Shown one piece after another: positions 34,456-40,889 of a DNA stretch of 40,889 nt (positions are counted from its first letter, which is position 1; each line of letters opens with the position of its first letter). This DNA is from a virus (lineage: Duplodnaviria; Caudoviricetes), in the IMG/VR virus record IMGVR_UViG_3300037313_000615, positions 1 through 40,889 of that record; one strand, written 5' to 3'. Both the position numbers and the translations under genes were made by a program. The notes below the pieces were generated by a model. It was not told the DNA's origin, searched no databases, and saw only the letters and a list, made by a program, of their open reading frames with translations.

Positions 34456-34665
34456 ATGAAGATTGACGCAGTGATGGAAAGCGCGGACTTCGGCCCAGCC
34501 TATGAGGGCGAGACATTCGTCACGGTCACGCTGCGGGTGCCCAAGGATACGCGCGTCGGCCCCGGCATCCACACCATTGAGTTCAAGGAAATCGGCAAGC
34601 CGGCCTGGGCGACCGCCAAGGACGAAAAGAAGTATGCCCAACGCCGCGAAGCGGTCAATTCCTAA
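34456..34665 (+). CDS. Hypothetical protein
   Basis: AGGAG RBS; starts MKIDA, ends VNS. Confidence 0.6.
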   Translation: MKIDAVMESADFGPAYEGETFVTVTLRVPKDTRVGPGIHTIEFKEIGKPAWATAKDEKKYAQRREAVNS

Positions 34666-34874
34666 TAAGGAGCCCTAAGCCAATGGTTTTCAAAACCCGT
34701 TTTTACAACCCCTACACCTATCAATGGGAGTGGCACTGATGATCCCACAAGTGGTCGCTGACGTGCGCGACATCCTGACGAAGACCTTCAAGATTGACCC
34801 TGACACCGCCGAGAAAATCGCCTGGGCGTTGTACAGGGCCAAGCACCTCAACGACGTTTGATCCGGCGAGCCAC

Positions 34875-35063
34875 ATGAAGAAGATTGACGCCATTGGAGT
34901 TCGCGGCCCGGTCAACGGCATGGGCGAGAGCGATTTACGCGGCAGCTATTTCGCCGTCTCCGTCACCTTTGAGGATGACGAGTTCGTGCGCGGCAGGATC
35001 ACGCTGGCCCAAATGGAAACCCTACGCGACCTCTGCAACCACTTTATCTCTGTCAATTCCTGA
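34875..35063 (+). CDS. Hypothetical protein
   Basis: ATG after GGCGAGCC; starts MKKIDA, ends VNS. Confidence 0.55.
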   Translation: MKKIDAIGVRGPVNGMGESDLRGSYFAVSVTFEDDEFVRGRITLAQMETLRDLCNHFISVNS

Positions 35064-35078
35064 GGAGCGGTCTGAAGA

Positions 35079-35324
35079 ATGAGCCGGCACCCAAATATCA
35101 CAATGGAAATCACAGTTAATACGGCGTATATTAACGGGATGCGGGATTCTGTCAGGGCTGAAGTTCTTGCGCTTATAGGGCAAATGAAGCGGGTTGCTGC
35201 TGATCCGCAGGCACCGTGCCTGCTTGATCGAATCGCTGTGGACCTGATTTCTGGGGACTGTCGGCCAGCCACGATGGTGCCAGGCCTTCAGACATGGATG
35301 GGGTTACAGGATGCCGTGGTCTAG
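35079..35324 (+). CDS. Hypothetical protein
   Basis: GAGGAG RBS. Confidence 0.45.
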   Translation: MSRHPNITMEITVNTAYINGMRDSVRAEVLALIGQMKRVAADPQAPCLLDRIAVDLISGDCRPATMVPGLQTWMGLQDAVV

Positions 35325-35475
35325 CGCTCAGCACAGGCTATTTGAAGCCGCTGCACACGATCCCTCGGTTGCCAAGAGAGTTGGTATACCCCAGGAAAAA
35401 GCCTCCCAGATGGCTTCTGAGGGCGTCAAAACCGATCCAAAAAAACTGGCCAAAGCCCTCAAGGCAAAACCGTGA
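35311..35475 (+). CDS. 54-aa conserved phage protein (below track cutoff)
   Basis: MPWSSAQHRLFEAAAHDPSVAKRVGIPQEKASQMASE..., recognisable as a small terminase-proximal family. Confidence 0.6.
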   Translation: MPWSSAQHRLFEAAAHDPSVAKRVGIPQEKASQMASEGVKTDPKKLAKALKAKP

Positions 35476-35681
35476 TATGGTTCATAGCCATTCTAGTATT
35501 CTTCAACCTTCTCATCCTCCGGAGAATTTCCATGACCGTTCAAGAGCTTCTGGACAGCATCACCCAAATCAGCGCCTCGGTTGACGCCCTGATCGCCAAA
35601 ATCCAGCCGCCGGCTGACCTCCAGCCCGTTGCCGACGCCCTGACAGCCCTGAAAGCCAAGGTTGATGCGGCGGCCCAATGA
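35472..35681 (+). CDS. Small coiled-coil protein (possible TM-bearing long form and ATG 35532 short form)
   Basis: GTGA coupling at 35472; GGAG RBS before 35532. Confidence 0.55.
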   Translation: MIWFIAILVFFNLLILRRISMTVQELLDSITQISASVDALIAKIQPPADLQPVADALTALKAKVDAAAQ

Positions 35682-35893
35682 CATACGGTGTCAAAAAGCT
35701 TCGCGGTCTGACAGAAAAAATTAACAAGCTTCAGGAACAGCTTTTGGCTTGTAAGGGTAAAACCCCAGAGCAAAGGCATGCTTGTTTTTGTGCGAGCCTG
35801 GAGCTTTGCGAGAATCCACCTAATTTTCCCTATATCCACAACCTCTTAGCCCAAGCCTGGGGCCTACCGCTGTTGAAAGCCAATGGCCGATAA
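35678..35893 (+). CDS. Hypothetical protein
   Basis: Coupled ORF in the operon. Confidence 0.5.
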   Translation: MTYGVKKLRGLTEKINKLQEQLLACKGKTPEQRHACFCASLELCENPPNFPYIHNLLAQAWGLPLLKANGR

Positions 35894-36119
35894 ATTCCAA
35901 ATGCCCAAAGTCATGGTCACCCCTTCCATGCTCAAAGCTGGAATGGACTTCATGGCCAAGGGTATGGATTCGGATGAGGACATTTCAGACCAAGCCCTCG
36001 TCACAGGAACATTCCTAGCCATGTGGACAGCTTATTGGGAGGAAATCAGCGCCACCCATAAGAGCAAGCAGGCCGGCTCACCTATCGTTAAGCCCACAAA
36101 CCTGATTTTGCCGCATTAA
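35883..36119 (+). CDS. Hypothetical protein
   Basis: VTPSMLKAG motif; abuts the small terminase gene. Confidence 0.55.
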   Translation: MADKFQMPKVMVTPSMLKAGMDFMAKGMDSDEDISDQALVTGTFLAMWTAYWEEISATHKSKQAGSPIVKPTNLILPH

Positions 36120-36121
36120 CC

Positions 36122-36595
36122 ATGGCCGGGCGTCCATCATCCTATAAAGCAGATTACGCCAAACAGGCTGAAAAGCTTTGCCAATTAGGCGCAACAGACA
36201 AGGAAATAGCCGATTTCTTCGAGGTTGATGTCCGCACTATCCATAGATGGAAAGCGGATCATGACGAATTTTGTCACTCCCTAAAGAGCGGTAAGGATGT
36301 TGCGGACGAGCGCGTTGAGCGCAGCCTTTATCAGCGCGCCATCGGCTATGAGCAGGAGGAGGTTAAGATATTCATGCCTGCTAACGCTCCCGCGCCAGTT
36401 TATGCGCCGTTTATCGCCAAAATCGCGCCAGATACCACCGCTGCCATATTCTGGCTAAAGAATCGCCGCCCGGCAGAGTGGCGGGACAAGACGGCGCAGG
36501 AAATTTCAGGGCCTGAAGGCGGTCCAATCATCACCGAAAATGGCCTTAGGCCCCCTCTCAGCCGCGAAGATTGGCTGAAATTCCACTCATCCTAG
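36122..36595 (+). CDS. terS: Terminase small subunit
   Basis: GRPSSY...LGATDKEIADFFEV...RW HTH, VERSLYQRAIGY, PDTTAAIFWLKNRRP; directly upstream of terL. Confidence 0.85.
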   Translation: MAGRPSSYKADYAKQAEKLCQLGATDKEIADFFEVDVRTIHRWKADHDEFCHSLKSGKDVADERVERSLYQRAIGYEQEEVKIFMPANAPAPVYAPFIAKIAPDTTAAIFWLKNRRPAEWRDKTAQEISGPEGGPIITENGLRPPLSREDWLKFHSS

Positions 36596-36602
36596 CAATA
36601 TT

Positions 36603-38105
36603 ATGACAACGCCTCAGCGCGGCGAAGTAACAAAATTGCGCAAGCCATGGTTTCCCCAGCACGGGGCGCAACTGGCATTCCTGGAAGCTGACTGGTGTGA
36701 GGAAGTCTTTTTCGGGGGTGAGCGTGGTGGGGGCAAGTCAGACGCCCAGCTTGGCTATCAGGAGGACGGCGCATTAAGATATGGCTCGGGCTGGCGCGGC
36801 ATCATGTTCCGCAAGACCTATCCAGAGCTGGAAGAGCTTCAATCCAGGGCTATGGAAGTCTTCCCCAATACCGGGGCGGTCTTCAAATCCCAGCCCAGCG
36901 CGGACTATCCGTTTTCCAATTGCTGGTACTGGCCCAGCGGGGCATCTGTTAAGATGCGCTATATCGAGAACGAGAAGGACTATGGGCGATACCATGGGCA
37001 CCAATACACGGGAATCAGCTTCGATGAAGTCACTGAGTATGAGACCCCAGCCGGACTACTCAAAATGCTGTCTACCCTACGGTCAGCTACTGGCGTCCCC
37101 TGCACAGTGCGCCTTACTGGGAACCCCGGAGGCGTGGGGCATGGTTGGGTCAAGGGACGGTACATCGATGTGGCACCAGCTCGGACTCCGCACCTAGACC
37201 CCGAAACCGGCATGACGCGGATGTTCATCCCATCCCGCATGGCCGACAATCAAATCTTAATGTCGAACGATCCGGGCTATCGAGGCCGGGTTATCGCCGC
37301 CACTTATGGCAACGAAGCCCTCCGCAAAGCCTGGATCGAGGGTGACTGGAATATCGTAGCCGGCGCGTTCTTTAACTGCTGGTCGCAGGCCATGATTTTG
37401 CGGCCCTTTGCCTTCCCAGGCTGGTGGACCAAGTTCATGTCGGGGGACTGGGGATCTGCCAGGCCGTTCAGCTTTGGCTGGTGGGTCATCGTGGGCGAGG
37501 ATTTCCAGACCCCGGATGGACAGTTTATCCCCAAGGGCGCCCTAATTCGCTACCGCGAGTATTACGGCTGTGCCGATCCGCTCAAGAACCCAAACGCTGG
37601 CTTGCAAATCCCCGCCGAGCTGGCGGCCCAGCGCATTCTACAGCTAGAAAAGGGGGAAACTCTCAGCTATCGTGTGCTTGATCCGGCAGCATTTGCCAGT
37701 GACGGGGGGCCATCCATTGCTGAAAGAATGTACTCAGCCTCTGCTGGAGCGGTGGCTTTTAGGCGGGCTGACAACAAACGAGTTGGGACTATCGGCGCCA
37801 TGGGTGGCTGGGATCAAATGCGATCCAGGATGCTCGGGGAATCTGGTCAACCAATGGTCTATTGCTTCGACGTCTGCCGAGATAGCATTCGAACTATCCC
37901 AATCCTCCAGCACGACGAAAACAGGATCGAAGACGTGAACTCGGACATGGAGGATCACGCGGCAGACGAATGGCGCTATGCCTGCATGTCGCGGCCTTAT
38001 GTGCGGCCTAAGCCAAAAGCCGAGGAAAAGCCCCGCTTTATCGGGATGGGCGCCACGGCTGACGACCTGTTCAAGCAGAAGCCGCGTGGGGAGCGGCGGA
38101 TCTGA
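36603..38105 (+). CDS. terL: Terminase large subunit
   Basis: Walker A GGERGGGKS, Walker B ISFDEV, LTGNPGG, nuclease DWGSARP and EDHAADEWRY. Confidence 0.95.
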   Translation: MTTPQRGEVTKLRKPWFPQHGAQLAFLEADWCEEVFFGGERGGGKSDAQLGYQEDGALRYGSGWRGIMFRKTYPELEELQSRAMEVFPNTGAVFKSQPSADYPFSNCWYWPSGASVKMRYIENEKDYGRYHGHQYTGISFDEVTEYETPAGLLKMLSTLRSATGVPCTVRLTGNPGGVGHGWVKGRYIDVAPARTPHLDPETGMTRMFIPSRMADNQILMSNDPGYRGRVIAATYGNEALRKAWIEGDWNIVAGAFFNCWSQAMILRPFAFPGWWTKFMSGDWGSARPFSFGWWVIVGEDFQTPDGQFIPKGALIRYREYYGCADPLKNPNAGLQIPAELAAQRILQLEKGETLSYRVLDPAAFASDGGPSIAERMYSASAGAVAFRRADNKRVGTIGAMGGWDQMRSRMLGESGQPMVYCFDVCRDSIRTIPILQHDENRIEDVNSDMEDHAADEWRYACMSRPYVRPKPKAEEKPRFIGMGATADDLFKQKPRGERRI

Positions 38106-40684
38106 TGCCTGAGCCAGTATCCCTCAACACCTCCGAACCCGCAGTTTCCGATACTGACCAGCTGTGGAAGGTTGGGCGCTATGTTGAGGAAATCGAGCTT
38201 TATGGCCGCGAAACCCAGAACTGGGACCGCCAGGCCCGGACCATCCTGAGGCGCTATAAGGATGACCGGGGCAGCGAAGGCACCATCGAGAGCCAATATC
38301 GGAGGTTCAATGTCCTTTGGTCCAACACCCAAAACCTCTTGCCGGCGCTTTATGCGCGCAATCCCAAGCCAGATGTGCAAAGACGCTTCAAGGATGCTGA
38401 CCCGATTGGACGCGTATCAAGCGACGTTCTCGAGCGCTGCCTCGCCTATTTCTGCGACACCGACCAATTTGCTGCCACCTCCCGCGCCTGTGTGCTGGAC
38501 TACCTGTTGCCTGGTCGAGGAACCACCTGGGTAAGGTATGACCCGCATTTTAAACCTGCCGAAGGACTGACTGACGATGTAGGTCCCGGCGATCAGAACA
38601 AATCCGAAGCTTTGGCCCCCGAGGTCCTCGATTACGAGGACGTGATCTCCGACTACGTGAACCGGGAAGATTACGGCCATAACATCTGCCGCACCTGGGA
38701 CGAGGTCTGGCTGATCTGGCGCAAGGTCTACATGACCAAGCGCGAGTTCCGGGAACGGTTTGAACAGCCCCTGGCTGAAAAGTACGGCACCGAAAAAGCC
38801 GCCGAGATGATCCGCGATCTCCCCATGGATTATGTCCAGAAGGATTCCAAGGATCAGACCATCGAAAGCGCCGTGCGCAAAACGGTCATTTATGAGGCCT
38901 GGGATAAGATCAAGAAGTGCGCGATTTGGTTCAACAAGTCGGTGCCAGATGCCTATGACATGCGGCCCGATCCATTGCGGCTGGATGGGTTCTTTCCGTC
39001 TCCTAAGCCCCTATTTGCTAACCTGGCCAATGATTCGCTGATCCCGGTCCCGATCTACAAGGAATACCAGGACCAAGCTGCCCAGCTGGACGAATTAACC
39101 AATCGCATCGCCCAGATGACGCGGTGCCTGAAGGTAGTGGGTGTCTATGACGCCTCTGCCGAAGGGCTTAATCGCATGTTCAACGAGGGGACCGAGAACC
39201 AGCTCATCCCCGTCCAGCAGTGGTCCGTGTTTGCCGGCGAAAAAGGCGGGATGAAAGGAGCGATGGAGCTTCTGGATATCCAGATGATTGCCGAGGCCCT
39301 GCTGCGCGCCTATGATGCCCGCGATAAGGTTAAGCAGGACCTGGACGAGATTACCGGCATGAGTGACATCATCCGGGGCGCGACCGAGGCGAGCGAGACG
39401 GCTACAGCCCAAAGGCTCAAGGCCGGGTTCGCTGGACAACGTATCAGCGACCATCAGCGGGATGTGCAGCGCTTTATCCGCGAAACCATCCGCCTGTTTG
39501 CCGATGTGATCTGCAACCACTTCAGCGATGACACGATCAAGCAGATATCGGGCGTAAGGCTTCTGACGCGCCAGGAGAAAGCTGCCTATGCCCAGGCCAA
39601 GCAGATGGCTATGCAGGGACAGGGTGCCGTAGCACCCCCACCGCTACCTCCCAGTACGACGCCAGACCAATTCGAAGACATGATGAACAATCCCACTTGG
39701 GAGGATGTGTTCGGACTGCTGCGCAACAATGCCATGCGGTGCTTCCGGATTGATATCGAGACTGATTCGACCATCAAGCCCGACGAAGCCCAGGAAAAGC
39801 AGGACCGCACCCAGTTCGTGCAGGCTTTGGGAACCATGCTGAAGGAAGGGTTCCAGGCCGGCGCCCAGGACCCGGATGCCATCCCTCTGATTGGCCAGCT
39901 TATGCAGTTCGCGGTGCGTGCTTTCCCAGTAGGCAAAGAGTTGGAATCCTCTTTGTCGTCTTACATCCAGAAGAAGGAAAAGGAAGCTGCCAATCCGCAG
40001 CCTAGGCCTAATCCTGAGATCATGAAGATCCAGGCCGAAGCCCAGCAGAAACAGGCCGAATTGCAGGCAAATCTGCAAATCGAGCAGCAAAAAGCGCAGA
40101 TTGAGGCCCAGACGGAAGCCAACAAGGCCCAGGCCCAAATTGCCACCCAGCAGCATCTCAACCAGATCGAGAATGAGCGCGAGATGCAGCGCTTGGCGGG
40201 CGAACAGCAATTACGTCAAGCCGAAATCCAAGCCCAATCCGAGGCCGATCAGCGCAAACTTGACAGCGAAATGGCCATGCGGCGGATTGAGCTGGATGCC
40301 GAAACCCAATTGGAGCTTGCCAAGGCCCATATCCAGCAGGAGACGGCGATTGAGGTTGCTCGCATCTCAGCCAAGGCCACGGATGGGGCACAGGAAGAAG
40401 CCCGCGCCCAGGCCAGAGATGACAAATATGAGGGGCCCGTGCGTGACGACGAACTGCATGCCAAACTCGACAAACTGACAGAAGCTGTCAGCAATGCGGC
40501 CAATGACAATCGCACATCCGACGCCATTAATAATTTGGCCAAGGCCCATAGCGAAAGCACTGCCGCCTTGCATAAGGCCATGACTTCCGAAAAAGAAATC
40601 GTCCGCGATCCCAAGACGGGTAAGCCTGTCGGGGTTCGGGTCAAACAGTCCAATGCCGATTTGGCGAAAGGGTTAAAAGGATGA
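38105..40684 (+). CDS. Portal protein with long C-terminal coiled-coil barrel
   Basis: Follows terL; FNVLWSN...LY.RNP.P.V.RRF, EITGMSDIIRG...ETATAQ, FRIDIETDST; Q/A/E-rich tail. Confidence 0.9.
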   Translation: MPEPVSLNTSEPAVSDTDQLWKVGRYVEEIELYGRETQNWDRQARTILRRYKDDRGSEGTIESQYRRFNVLWSNTQNLLPALYARNPKPDVQRRFKDADPIGRVSSDVLERCLAYFCDTDQFAATSRACVLDYLLPGRGTTWVRYDPHFKPAEGLTDDVGPGDQNKSEALAPEVLDYEDVISDYVNREDYGHNICRTWDEVWLIWRKVYMTKREFRERFEQPLAEKYGTEKAAEMIRDLPMDYVQKDSKDQTIESAVRKTVIYEAWDKIKKCAIWFNKSVPDAYDMRPDPLRLDGFFPSPKPLFANLANDSLIPVPIYKEYQDQAAQLDELTNRIAQMTRCLKVVGVYDASAEGLNRMFNEGTENQLIPVQQWSVFAGEKGGMKGAMELLDIQMIAEALLRAYDARDKVKQDLDEITGMSDIIRGATEASETATAQRLKAGFAGQRISDHQRDVQRFIRETIRLFADVICNHFSDDTIKQISGVRLLTRQEKAAYAQAKQMAMQGQGAVAPPPLPPSTTPDQFEDMMNNPTWEDVFGLLRNNAMRCFRIDIETDSTIKPDEAQEKQDRTQFVQALGTMLKEGFQAGAQDPDAIPLIGQLMQFAVRAFPVGKELESSLSSYIQKKEKEAANPQPRPNPEIMKIQAEAQQKQAELQANLQIEQQKAQIEAQTEANKAQAQIATQQHLNQIENEREMQRLAGEQQLRQAEIQAQSEADQRKLDSEMAMRRIELDAETQLELAKAHIQQETAIEVARISAKATDGAQEEARAQARDDKYEGPVRDDELHAKLDKLTEAVSNAANDNRTSDAINNLAKAHSESTAALHKAMTSEKEIVRDPKTGKPVGVRVKQSNADLAKGLKG

Positions 40685-40889
40685 CCATTACCGTTACCGC
40701 GACCAGCAAAGCTGATTTGCTCGCACAGGTGGCTGATCTAACTGGCGGTACGGTTGGGTCTGGAACTGGCAGCGGAACCGGTACGGGCGGAGGTACAACG
40801 CCCCCCACAATGGACCCGCGCGACCCGACCTATTGGGACGCGGCAAAGGTGCAGGCCCAGTTCTTCCCAGCTGATTCCGCCATGGCGCT
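40681..40889 (+). CDS. 5' part of the beta-helix virion protein that continues at the window start (true start)
   Basis: ATG 40681 overlaps the portal stop (ATGA) and reads MTITVTATSKADLLAQVADLTGG...PPTMDPRDP, in frame with 48..1625. This adds 43 aa (total ~568 aa). Confidence 0.85.
   Translation, partial: MTITVTATSKADLLAQVADLTGGTVGSGTGSGTGTGGGTTPPTMDPRDPTYWDAAKVQAQFFPADSAMA
40763..40889. repeat. 127-bp direct terminal repeat (copy 2)
   Basis: Identical to 1-127. Confidence 0.95.

Noticed and set aside
126-40653. Numerous antisense and alternate-frame ORFs in the track overlapping structural genes
   Set aside because: Shadow ORFs expected in GC-rich coding DNA; no RBS or motifs.
40763-40889. 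Biological direct terminal repeat
   Set aside because: Exactly 127 bp and falls mid-gene, so it is best explained as assembler k-mer overlap on a circular or permuted genome.
1-40889. CRISPR array, diversity-generating retroelement, stop-codon reassignment
   Set aside because: No regularly spaced repeats, and no reverse transcriptase or TR/VR pair noticed. Core genes are intact in the standard code and use all three stops.

Overview
The window appears to be a complete, circularly assembled ~40.76 kb dsDNA phage genome: bases 1-127 are repeated at 40763-40889. It has podovirus-like (P22-type) virion genes and probably infects an Alphaproteobacterium, judging by a GcrA-like gene and a sigma-EcfG-type promoter. 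Gene order on the circle: terminase small/large, portal, a ~6.7 kb block of beta-helix/Gly-rich fibre-like genes, scaffold, major capsid, decoration, a Maf/DUF115-like glycosyltransferase, adaptor, tail hub, GNAT, ejection proteins, short tail fibre, lysis genes (SleB-type hydrolase), a leftward operon (HNH-like, RecT-like), then a rightward early region (PAPS-reductase-like, GcrA-like, replication initiator and loader, RecE-like nuclease, many small genes). I recognised no integrase, CI-type repressor, DNA polymerase, CRISPR array or reverse transcriptase. Three observations stand out. (1) A circularly permuted tRNA-like RNA with YrlA-like topology (14260-14330, minus strand; no Ro60 gene seen) lies behind a small membrane gene driven by a consensus general-stress promoter. 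(2) Small accessory genes are separated by a recurring stop-GGAGC(G/C)/GGCGAGCC junction and often have complementary ends, suggesting a gene-cassette system. (3) A two-state structured leader can occlude the RBS of the replication initiator. All product calls come from motif recognition by eye, without database searches.
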